From Acidobacteriota bacterium (GTDB taxonomy: Bacteria; Acidobacteriota; Blastocatellia; Pyrinomonadales; Pyrinomonadaceae), in assembly GCA_031409875.1 (NCBI GenBank), contig JANNYB010000133.1, positions 4,765 through 68,764 on the forward strand: 64,000 bases of DNA, given 5' to 3'. Positions 26,689-35,327 of this stretch are shown here, piece by piece; the first letter of the stretch is position 1; every line of letters begins with the position of its first letter. Under the pieces are notes generated by a model. The model made no database searches, was not told where the DNA came from, and saw only the letters and a program-made list of their open reading frames with translations. The position numbers and the translations under genes were made by a program.

Positions 26689-29600
26689 TTGGTTTTCCTT
26701 ACGCTGCGTGTATTCGTTTTCGCCCACGTCATCTCAACCGTTCGTTTGCCCGACGGAAGTTATTATCCGAATCTCGGCGGTTGCGTGCGCGATGTTAATT
26801 TGGTTGAACAGATGCTGAAAAATCGTCTGAATCTGCCGGACGCACAAATTATCAAATTGCTTTCCGAAAATAATAATCCGACCGTAACCGCCGAACGTAT
26901 TCCGAATTACGAAAACCTCGTCAAAGCGTTCAAAGAAATAACCGATTCAGCCGAAGCGGACGACCAAATTTACATTCATTATTCGGGACACGGCGGACGT
27001 TCGACGACGATTTTCCCTGAAATCAAAGGTCAAAACGGTTTGGACGAATCGCTCGTGCCGTGCGACATCGGCGCAAACGGCGTTTGTTATTTCCGCGATT
27101 TGGAAATAAGTTTCTTGCTCAAAAAAATGTCGGACAAAGGCATTTTGGTAACTTTGGTGTTCGACAGTTGTCATTCGGGCGGCGCAACTCGCGGCGAAGG
27201 CGGCGCGTTTGCCAGAGGAATTGACAGTATTGATACGCGAAAACAGACGCAAGAAAGTTTGGTTTTCAAAAATATTGATGTCAAAGCCGCTTTTGCAGAA
27301 TTTCCGCCGTCGGCGACTCGAAATTTGAATTCCGCGCAAGGTTGGCGTTTGCCGATTCCGCCGAATCTGGTTTTTATTTCGGGTTGCCGTGCGAATGAAT
27401 TGGCGAATGAATTCGCGTTTGACGGTTTGCAGAGAAACGGCGCATTGACTTATTGGCTACTCGATTCCCTGCGGCAAGCGGACGAAAATTTCACTTATAA
27501 AATGCTCTACAATCGCGTTTCCGCGAAAGTTCACGCCAAATTTATCAATCAAACGCCGGTCATTGAAGGCGACCGCGACCGCATTGTTTTTGGCGGCTTG
27601 AAATTATCTTCGGGCGAAAGTATCAATGTTACCAAAGTTGATTTGCCGAACAATCGAATTACGCTCAACACGGGACTTTTTCAAGGCGTTTCCAAAGGCG
27701 CACAATTTGCCGTGTTTTCAGCGGAAACCGTTGATTTTACTGATGTTTCAAAGCGTCTTGTCATCGTTGAAATCGAAAACGTCGGCACGACCGAATCAAC
27801 CGCTTTGATAGTTTCGGGCGACGCGAAAGATAAAATTCAGGAAGGTTCGCAAGCGGTTCTGCTCGGTGTCGGGATTCGTCTGCGCGGGCGGATTCGGCTT
27901 GTTTTTCAAGCGAATGGGTTTGACGAAGATTTGAAAAAATTAGGCAATTTTATTGCTCGAAACGAAGGCGATTTAGAAGCGCGAGATAAATGGATTCGGC
28001 TTTGCAACGACGGCGAAGAAGCCGATTTTCAAGTTGCCGTAAATAAATTCGGCGAGTTTGAAATCTGGGACGCAGAAGGCAGAGTTTTGCCGAATTTGCG
28101 TCCGGCTTTGCGCGTTGAAAAAGCAGAATCTTTAGCAAAAATGCAGGAAAGATTGGTGCAGTTGACGAAATATCGAAACGTCCGTTTGATTGATAATACC
28201 GATCCGGCTTCGCCTTTGGCTAACAAACTTAAAGCCGAATTGATGATTGTCAAAACAGATAAAAAGGAGGTGGAAACAACTCATTTGTTGCCCGTTCCGC
28301 TTCGTCCGCTTTCGGTTGGCGAACGCGCTTGTTTGCGCGTTACGAATCTTTCAAACACGCCTTTGAACTTTGTGATTATGGATTTAGCACCTGATTGGGG
28401 AATTTCGCAAATTCATCCTGACCCGAACGCGCAAGACTTCGATTTTTTGGACAGCGGCGCGACTTTCGACTTTAAAATGGATGCTTTTTTGCCTTCGGAT
28501 GATTACCAATCGGGAACTGATATTTTAAAAGTTTTCGCCACGGTTGAAGGCACAAGTTTTCGTTGGTTGCAAATGTCGCCGCTCGATCAACCGCCGATGC
28601 CGATTCAGCGAAGCGGTGAAATTAATGATGATTTGGAACAACTTTTGACAGGTTTTAACGCCGAAACTATGCGGAATATGAAACCCGTAACCAATTTAAA
28701 TTCGCCGAAAGGCAGAAGTTGGACGACTGCCGAAGTTGCCGTAACCGTGCGCCGTCCGTCAATCGCGCACGTTACCGATCCGGCACTTTCGCTGCTTCAA
28801 TCGGCGGTTGAAGAATTGGTTTTGAGCAAAAATGCCGAAACGAAATCACGCAGTGTCAACGGCAAAGAATATAAATATTTGCGCCCCGAATTGGACAATC
28901 AAATAATCAAAGAAGTCGCTCAATATTGCATTGCGCTGAATGAAAATCGAGTTACTGAAACCGAATTAATAACAAAAGATTCAACGGCTTACAGCGATGC
29001 TCAGGAACGCGGCGCATTCGATACGATAAATTATTGTGCAGGTTTGACAGCAGGTTTGGCGAAAGAATGGTTTAAAGCAAAACTTTGGGGCGATGATGCC
29101 GAATATAACCGAATCAAAGAATCTTTGACCGTAAAATTCGGCGGTTGCGATCCGAATTTTAAGGATACGGCAATTCTTTATTTGAAATATCTCAAAGAAG
29201 GCGGACACACGCCTTATCGAACTGCGAATAATCCGACGGATTTTGTGGTTGACGGGCGTTTGGCGGAAGATGCGACAATCGGAATCGTCGCGGATTGGGC
29301 AACGGGCGAACCGGCGGCGTTGGAAGTTTTGCGCCAGATGAAAAATCTTAACCCGAATGTTGCTATACATTTAGGCGATATTTATTATGCCGGAACGGAA
29401 CTCGAAGTCGAAAATTATTTTTATCAACCTTGGAAAAATATTCTTCGACTCGAAACTTCGGAAATCATTTCGTTCGCTTTGCCCGGAAATCACGATCTTT
29501 ATGCCGGCGGCAAACCTTTTTATGATTTGCTGGACAAATTGCAGATTTTGAATAAGTTTGACGGCAAAATGGCGAGTTATTTTTGTCTGCGAAACAAATA

Positions 29601-30138
29601 TTGGCAATTTATCGGATTGGACACGGCTCTGCACGACAGATTGGGCGCAGGTCCGACTTATCTCGAACCTCAGGAACTCGAATGGTTTAAAGACAAAATC
29701 GAAAATGCCGACGGCAGAAAAACCGTTTTGCTTTCGCATCATCAATTATTTTCGGCAAACGACCAATGGAAGGATGAAAAAGACGATGGGAATAATAAGG
29801 AATATAACCCGAAACTTTTTGATAAACTCGCTCCGATACTGGAAAAAGTTGATTTATGGCTTTGGGGACACGAACACGATTTGGTTATTTTTGATGAATT
29901 TCTAAAACTAAAACGCGGACGCTGTATCGGCGGAAGTGCTTTTCCCGTAGGCAATTACGAAATGCCGACAACGGTCAAAAATCCGAATGTTACGTTTAAC
30001 AAAGAAGTCGCACTCAGCAAAGGAAGCGTTTTTTATCAGCATTGCTACACGATGATTAAACTCAATGGCGAAAACGCCGTCGTTTCCTATTACGAAGACC
30101 GCGACGGCGGCAGATTGCTTTTTGAGGAAACGATTTAA
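26689..30138 (+). CDS. caspase-like peptidase C14 / metallophosphoesterase fusion protein (5' end displaced; start uncertain)
   Basis: C14 dyad IYIHYSGHG (His codon 26989-26991) and VFDSCHSGG (Cys codon 27169-27171). C-terminal purple-acid-phosphatase-like motifs VADWATG, GDIYYAG, LPGNHD, LLSHHQ, WGHEHD. The frame is open only from 26641, with TTG 26689 as the only start candidate before the domain. Confidence 0.85.
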   Translation: MVFLTLRVFVFAHVISTVRLPDGSYYPNLGGCVRDVNLVEQMLKNRLNLPDAQIIKLLSENNNPTVTAERIPNYENLVKAFKEITDSAEADDQIYIHYSGHGGRSTTIFPEIKGQNGLDESLVPCDIGANGVCYFRDLEISFLLKKMSDKGILVTLVFDSCHSGGATRGEGGAFARGIDSIDTRKQTQESLVFKNIDVKAAFAEFPPSATRNLNSAQGWRLPIPPNLVFISGCRANELANEFAFDGLQRNGALTYWLLDSLRQADENFTYKMLYNRVSAKVHAKFINQTPVIEGDRDRIVFGGLKLSSGESINVTKVDLPNNRITLNTGLFQGVSKGAQFAVFSAETVDFTDVSKRLVIVEIENVGTTESTALIVSGDAKDKIQEGSQAVLLGVGIRLRGRIRLVFQANGFDEDLKKLGNFIARNEGDLEARDKWIRLCNDGEEADFQVAVNKFGEFEIWDAEGRVLPNLRPALRVEKAESLAKMQERLVQLTKYRNVRLIDNTDPASPLANKLKAELMIVKTDKKEVETTHLLPVPLRPLSVGERACLRVTNLSNTPLNFVIMDLAPDWGISQIHPDPNAQDFDFLDSGATFDFKMDAFLPSDDYQSGTDILKVFATVEGTSFRWLQMSPLDQPPMPIQRSGEINDDLEQLLTGFNAETMRNMKPVTNLNSPKGRSWTTAEVAVTVRRPSIAHVTDPALSLLQSAVEELVLSKNAETKSRSVNGKEYKYLRPELDNQIIKEVAQYCIALNENRVTETELITKDSTAYSDAQERGAFDTINYCAGLTAGLAKEWFKAKLWGDDAEYNRIKESLTVKFGGCDPNFKDTAILYLKYLKEGGHTPYRTANNPTDFVVDGRLAEDATIGIVADWATGEPAALEVLRQMKNLNPNVAIHLGDIYYAGTELEVENYFYQPWKNILRLETSEIISFALPGNHDLYAGGKPFYDLLDKLQILNKFDGKMASYFCLRNKYWQFIGLDTALHDRLGAGPTYLEPQELEWFKDKIENADGRKTVLLSHHQLFSANDQWKDEKDDGNNKEYNPKLFDKLAPILEKVDLWLWGHEHDLVIFDEFLKLKRGRCIGGSAFPVGNYEMPTTVKNPNVTFNKEVALSKGSVFYQHCYTMIKLNGENAVVSYYEDRDGGRLLFEETI

Positions 30139-30177
30139 AAAGTCGTTGCAACTTTGCTTTAAAATCGGAGGTCGCTA

Positions 30178-32328
30178 ATGCCTGATTATGAAGATTTCAA
30201 AATAGTTATCAACAGCACCGATAATCTAACTTTCACGGTTGATGTCATCAAACCTTGCGGCGGAAATGTCGGCGACGCTCACGGCGTTTTTAATTTTGAC
30301 GAAATCAAATCAATTTCCGACGCTTTCGATAATTTGGCTGATGCGCCGCCGCTTGCCGAACGCAATTTCAAACCTGTTGCCAACAATAATAAAGAACTGA
30401 CTCTGAACTATCACAAACCGCTTTCAAACCTCAAAGCCGAAGAATTAGGCGCGAATCTTTCGGACGTTTTGTTCAAAGATGACGTGCGCGAGATTTTGGG
30501 CAGATGTAAAGAATATTGTGAAGCAAATCAAGCGATTTTAAGAATCAGATTAGATTTATCGCGCGTTCCGAAACTCGCGGAATTGCCTTGGGAATATCTT
30601 CGCAACACCGAAGATGATAATTTTTTGTGTTTGGACGAAGACACGACTTTGGTTCGATATTTACAAACCGCCGATGCTGTTCGTCCGCTCAAAGCCGTGT
30701 TGCCTTTGCGGATTTTGGTGATGGCTTCCACGCCGCAAAATCTGCCCGCGTTGGCGAAAAATGACGAGATAAACAAAATCAAAGTCGCTCTAGCCGAAAT
30801 TTTTAACGATGCAATTGAAATCGTCGTTTTGGAAAAGCCGACGGTTAAAGCTCTGCAAACAGCTCTGAAACAAGCAAAAGACAAGGAAATGCCGTTTCAT
30901 ATTTTTCATTTTATCGGTCACGGCGCGTTCGATGCGGAAAAAGACAGAGGCGTTTTGCTTTTTGAAGACGACGCAAAAAACAGCGTTGCCGTTGACCACG
31001 AAGATTTGGGCAGATGGCTTCAGCCTTATCGAAATAATTTGCGTCTTGTCGTGCTGAATGCTTGCGAAGGCGCGAAGGTTGCGGCAGACGATACTTATTC
31101 GAGCGTTGCTGCAAGATTGATGCAAACTGCTGAAATACCTGCGGTTATCGCAATGCAATACAGCATTAAGGACACAGCGGCGATTGAATTTTCAAAATCG
31201 TTTTACGAAGAAATCTCGAAAGGAAATTATCTCGAAGGCGCAATTCAAACGGCGCGAAAAGCTATAAACGATTTGAATTTACCAACCGAAGAGTGGGCAA
31301 CTCCTGTTTTTTATCTGCGGGCTGAAAGCGGACATTTGTTCGACATCAGAATTCCGACACCGCCTGAAAATTTGGTCAGATTTGGACATTTTACGACTTT
31401 AAAAACTGTGCTTCCGACTTGTAATCTTGTAATTTTCATCGGTTTGGATGTTAATGTTTCAAACCGACCGTATTTTAGTTCGTGGCAACCGAATCGAGGT
31501 TTGCCGAACGCCGCCGAACTCTGTTCTTACATCAGCCAAAGCCAAAGTATCAATCCGCCGATTACTTCTTTAGCTTCTTTGGCGAAAAAACTTCAAGTAA
31601 CAAGTCAGCTTAATCCCGACGCAATGGCTTTGCTGTTTTCGCCGCCGCCGCAGCCGATTAAACTTTATCGGATTTGGGCAGAAATTGCGCGTCAAATTAC
31701 CGATAATTTGCCGGAAACGATTGTTGATCCGCTTCATTGTTCGTTGCTTTTTGTAACGACGACTTACGATTTTTCGTTGGAAAAATCTTTTTCTGCGGCG
31801 GGAATTACAAAATACAACACGATTTGCTATAACCGTTCGACAAACGGAAATTGGATTTTTTCGCATAATTATTTTGAAAACGGAAGTTTGATTTTCAAAA
31901 ATGATTTAATCGCGCCCGAATATACGCCGAACGAATACAAAAAATTGGGCAATAAATATCCGATTATTTTAAAGTTGCCGGGCGAAATTACTTCGGATTT
32001 GAATTATGCGATTACCGAAGATGACTTTTTTGCTTTTGCCAATAAAAGTTTGTCCGAACTTTTGCCCGCCGATTTGCTCGGACAAATAAACACCAGCCGA
32101 CATCTTTATTTGGGCTACGATTTGCAAAATTGGACGCTTCGTTTGCTTTTGAACAGAATTTGCGAAAATCAAAGTCCGCCGAAGAAAAAAACTTCTTGCG
32201 CCGTAATTTTTGATGAAAACGATGATCCGAATGTGGATTTTTGGAAGGAACAAAATGTTTTGCTCGCGCCGGCGAATTTGGAAGATTATGTTGCCGGTTT
32301 GGAAAAATTTGTCTTGAATCAAATGTAA
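30178..32328 (+). CDS. CHAT protease domain / SIR2_2-like domain fusion protein
   Basis: RBS GGAGG. LRIRLDL..LAELPWEYLRN, FHFIGHG (His 30919-30921), VVLNACEG (Cys 31063-31065). C-terminal VIFIGLDVN, VTTTYDFSLEKSF, ILKLPGE..AITEDDFFAF and LYLGYDLQNWTLRLLL follow the SIR2_2 motif order, but the canonical Asn and His positions are substituted. Confidence 0.85.
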   Translation: MPDYEDFKIVINSTDNLTFTVDVIKPCGGNVGDAHGVFNFDEIKSISDAFDNLADAPPLAERNFKPVANNNKELTLNYHKPLSNLKAEELGANLSDVLFKDDVREILGRCKEYCEANQAILRIRLDLSRVPKLAELPWEYLRNTEDDNFLCLDEDTTLVRYLQTADAVRPLKAVLPLRILVMASTPQNLPALAKNDEINKIKVALAEIFNDAIEIVVLEKPTVKALQTALKQAKDKEMPFHIFHFIGHGAFDAEKDRGVLLFEDDAKNSVAVDHEDLGRWLQPYRNNLRLVVLNACEGAKVAADDTYSSVAARLMQTAEIPAVIAMQYSIKDTAAIEFSKSFYEEISKGNYLEGAIQTARKAINDLNLPTEEWATPVFYLRAESGHLFDIRIPTPPENLVRFGHFTTLKTVLPTCNLVIFIGLDVNVSNRPYFSSWQPNRGLPNAAELCSYISQSQSINPPITSLASLAKKLQVTSQLNPDAMALLFSPPPQPIKLYRIWAEIARQITDNLPETIVDPLHCSLLFVTTTYDFSLEKSFSAAGITKYNTICYNRSTNGNWIFSHNYFENGSLIFKNDLIAPEYTPNEYKKLGNKYPIILKLPGEITSDLNYAITEDDFFAFANKSLSELLPADLLGQINTSRHLYLGYDLQNWTLRLLLNRICENQSPPKKKTSCAVIFDENDDPNVDFWKEQNVLLAPANLEDYVAGLEKFVLNQM

Positions 32329-32343
32329 AAAGTAGAAAAAAAG

Positions 32344-34602
32344 ATGAAAAAAACTGAAAAACCAAACGAAAATTTTTCTCCGTATGTCGGTTTAATTCCG
32401 TTTTCGGAAAAAGATGCCGCGTATTTTTTCGGGCGCGATTCGGACGGCGAAATTATAGCAACAAATCTTCGCGCCACGGCTTTGACGGTTTTTTACGGCG
32501 CAAGCGGTGTCGGGAAAAGTTCGCTTTTGAATGCGCGGGTCATTCCTTACTTGAAAAAAATCGCCGTTTCTTCAAATTTACCCGACGAACCGCCCGAATT
32601 TATTTTGGTTGTTTTGCGCGAATGGGCGAATAATCCTTTGGAAAGTTTGCGTTTGCGACTCAAGGAAGCGGTTGCGGAAACCGTCAAAAAAGTAAAAATT
32701 CCGAAGCCGAATCTGCAATCGCCCGAAGCACAGATAGCTCAAAAAACAATTGAATATCTCGATGAAAAAGATGTCGAACAAACGGCAAATGTTTTGAAAA
32801 ATAACCACGATATTTGCGATTTGCTGAAAAACTGGGCTGATTTGACGGGAACGATTTTTTTAATAATCTTTGACCAATTTGAAGACATTTTTTTGCATCC
32901 CGAATTTCTCGCGGGTGAAAATTCATTTGGCGATGAATTTGCTAAAACATTGAATTGCAAAGATTTACCCGCGAATTTTATGATTTCGATGCGCGACGAT
33001 GCGTTGGCGAAAATGGATATTTTCAAAGGCAAAGTGCCGAATATGATGAAAAATATTCTGCGCCTTTTGCATCTTGACCGCGCCGCGACCGAAATCGCCA
33101 TTCGCGCACCGCTTATCGAATACAACAAAGAATTCGGCACGAATTTTACGATTGAAAAGGAACTTGTCGAAACGCTTTTGAACGATCTTCAAGTTGATAA
33201 AATTAAGTTTGAAACGCAAGGTCAAGCAGATTGCGCTCCTGAAAAAACGAGCATTGATAACGCTTATCGCGTCGAAACTCCTTATTTGCAGTTAGTTATG
33301 AAGCGGCTTTGGGAAAATCCGCTGACGCAAGAATCTCAAAAACTCCAACTTTCAACGCTTATCGGCACGGAAACCGATCAACTCGGCGGCGTGCAAAACA
33401 TCGTCGAAACGCACCTCGACAAAGTGATGGAACAATTCAGCGAAGACGAAAAACATCTTGCCGCTAAATTTATTCATTTCACCGTTACGCGCGGCGGCAC
33501 GAAAATTCCTTCCGATGTGAATGATTTGGCTGATTGGGCGGAATTGACCGACGACAAAAAATCGAACATCGAAAAAATCCGAAACATTCTTGACAAACTT
33601 TGCGAAGGCGAAAATCGAATCTTCAAAAAAGTAAATAACCGCAAAGACTCGAAAAATCCGTATTACGAAGTTTCCCACGACGCACTCGGACCGGCAATCA
33701 TAAGTTGGCGCAAACGCCAAAACGAAAGCCGTCTGAAAACCGAAAATGACCGCAAAATGCAAGCCGAAGTAGAAAAAGCGGTAAAAGAGAAAGAGGAACA
33801 AGAACAAAAATTACAAGAAGAACAAAGTTCTCGCTTAATGCAAGAACATCTTCTTGTTTTACAAAAACGCTATAATTTTCTCGGCAAAGTTATTTGGGGA
33901 GCGAGCATTGTTTTTCTAATTGGCGCAGTAGGAATTTATTATTATTGGTGGGTTTGGTCATACAAAGATTATATTAAAAAAGCTGAAGATGACCAAAAAA
34001 GGTATGCAAATTTATACGATTCACAGTTAAATGAATATAAATCGTTAATCAATATCTTGTTTAACCTTCAATCAAACGAACCGTCAAAAATAACTTCGGC
34101 TCTCGATAATTTGCAAAAAGAAACTGAGAATAATGATTTGCCCGACGAATACAAAGATGAAATAACGAAAGTTTTGAATAAGATTGAAAATAAAACTGAG
34201 GATGAAAAAGAAAAAGAAAAAATTAAAACGATTATCAAAAATCCGCAGTTGCAAACTAAGGCTCAAAAATCAGTTGAAAATGTTTTAATATTTGTTCAAT
34301 ACGCAAATGATAATCAAGAAACTGCCGTCAATCAATGGCGAATTTTTCTAAAGGGAAGCGGATATATTGCGCCACCATTAGATAAGGTGGGAGATAAAGC
34401 ACCGCCACAAAATGAACTCCGTTATTTTCGTAAAAGAGATGAGAAACAAGCTACAAGTATTATTCAATTATTGGGTTCAAAAGGGTTAAAAGTGGATGCG
34501 AAGTTAATTAGCGGTTATGAAGATTCGCCATTAATCAAAGAAAATCAATTTGAATTATGGTTCAATGAAAATATTCCGAATGCTCCCGTAACGGCAAAAT
34601 AA
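32344..34602 (+). CDS. STAND/NLR-like P-loop NTPase with coiled coil, one TM helix and an unassigned C-terminal domain
   Basis: PYVGLIPFSEKDAAYFFGRD..VFYGASGVGKSSLLNA (Lys codon 32515-32517), Walker B IFLIIFDQFED. Coiled coil ~aa 455-500, TM VIWGASIVFLIGAVGIYYYWWVW, K/E/N-rich segment. The C-terminal ~110 aa (IFVQYANDNQE..LRYFRKRDEKQATSIIQLL..) are unassigned. Confidence 0.85.
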   Translation: MKKTEKPNENFSPYVGLIPFSEKDAAYFFGRDSDGEIIATNLRATALTVFYGASGVGKSSLLNARVIPYLKKIAVSSNLPDEPPEFILVVLREWANNPLESLRLRLKEAVAETVKKVKIPKPNLQSPEAQIAQKTIEYLDEKDVEQTANVLKNNHDICDLLKNWADLTGTIFLIIFDQFEDIFLHPEFLAGENSFGDEFAKTLNCKDLPANFMISMRDDALAKMDIFKGKVPNMMKNILRLLHLDRAATEIAIRAPLIEYNKEFGTNFTIEKELVETLLNDLQVDKIKFETQGQADCAPEKTSIDNAYRVETPYLQLVMKRLWENPLTQESQKLQLSTLIGTETDQLGGVQNIVETHLDKVMEQFSEDEKHLAAKFIHFTVTRGGTKIPSDVNDLADWAELTDDKKSNIEKIRNILDKLCEGENRIFKKVNNRKDSKNPYYEVSHDALGPAIISWRKRQNESRLKTENDRKMQAEVEKAVKEKEEQEQKLQEEQSSRLMQEHLLVLQKRYNFLGKVIWGASIVFLIGAVGIYYYWWVWSYKDYIKKAEDDQKRYANLYDSQLNEYKSLINILFNLQSNEPSKITSALDNLQKETENNDLPDEYKDEITKVLNKIENKTEDEKEKEKIKTIIKNPQLQTKAQKSVENVLIFVQYANDNQETAVNQWRIFLKGSGYIAPPLDKVGDKAPPQNELRYFRKRDEKQATSIIQLLGSKGLKVDAKLISGYEDSPLIKENQFELWFNENIPNAPVTAK

Positions 34603-34607
34603 TTTAC

Positions 34608-35075
34608 ATAAATCACCTTACGCGATTTTTGATTTTAGCCCGATTATGGTCTTTGAAAAATAAAAGTCGTAAATAATAAAAAAAGCGAATGGCTGGGAGT
34701 GCGGGCTTCTCAGCCTGCTACGCCGCGTTTTTCAGCGGTGTAAAAGCGTTCGATTAAAAATCAACTTGAATTTACGCAAAGTCTTTTGAGCATTTTTCAA
34801 ACGCTCAGCAGGCTGGGAAGCCCGCGCTCCCAGCGAAAAACATTCTTTTTTTTACGGTTTTTATTTTTCAAAGAACATTAACATCCTTTTCTTCATCTGA
34901 GAGCTTTTGTCTGTATTTTGGCGGCTCAAGCCAAGAAAAAGGACGTTAAAACGCCCTTTGAAAAATCGTTCTTCGCTTGACCGCGCCATAAATGGACGCG
35001 GCTAAGTGCCGCGAAACGCGGAAAGCCTCGTGAACGAGGCTAAATTCACAAAATCGTGTAAGGTGAATTAAATAA
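34608..35075. repeat. nest of palindromic elements (MITE within MITE)
   Basis: Outer arms AATCACCTTACGCGATTTTTGATTTTAGCC / GGCTAAATTCACAAAATCGTGTAAGGTGAATT. Middle arms TCTTTGAAAAATAAAAGTCGTAAA / TTTACGGTTTTTATTTTTCAAAGAAC. Central element 34692-34834 has GCTGGGAGTGCGGGCTTCTCAGCCTGC / GCAGGCTGGGAAGCCCGCGCTCCCAGC arms. An extra ~160 bp containing further hairpins sits in the right arm. Confidence 0.75.
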
Positions 35076-35327
35076 ATCAGAACCTTTGAGCGATAGCGAA
35101 CGGGCTTGAATGGTAATTTTAAGCGTTGCCAAATCGCTACCGCTCGTTGTTCCGATTTAAATTTTTGCGAAAAACTCTGCGTTACGCTTTTTGTTTCGGC
35201 GCGATTAAGTTAAAATTACGGCAATTTCTGATTTTTTCCAAAAATTTAATCAAGACGAAAACGGCGCGTCGGTTAATTCGACGTAAAAAACCGCACGGTT
35301 TTCGATTTCGCATAAACTTCTAAAAAA

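Noticed and set aside
25770-26716. Self-splicing intron or intein as an explanation for the split caspase gene
   Set aside because: The intervening ORF is in a separate frame with its own start, so it is not an intein. It looks like a TM-GNAT protein, not a homing endonuclease, maturase or reverse transcriptase. I could not recognise group I or group II core structure by eye. An insertion is the simpler reading, although a covariance-model scan would be needed to exclude an intron formally.
25713-34602. Gasdermin-type pore-forming effector or CARD-like adaptor gene within the caspase/CHAT/NTPase locus
   Set aside because: No additional ORF of suitable size exists between or beside the three genes. 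Effector functions appear to be fused to the proteases instead.
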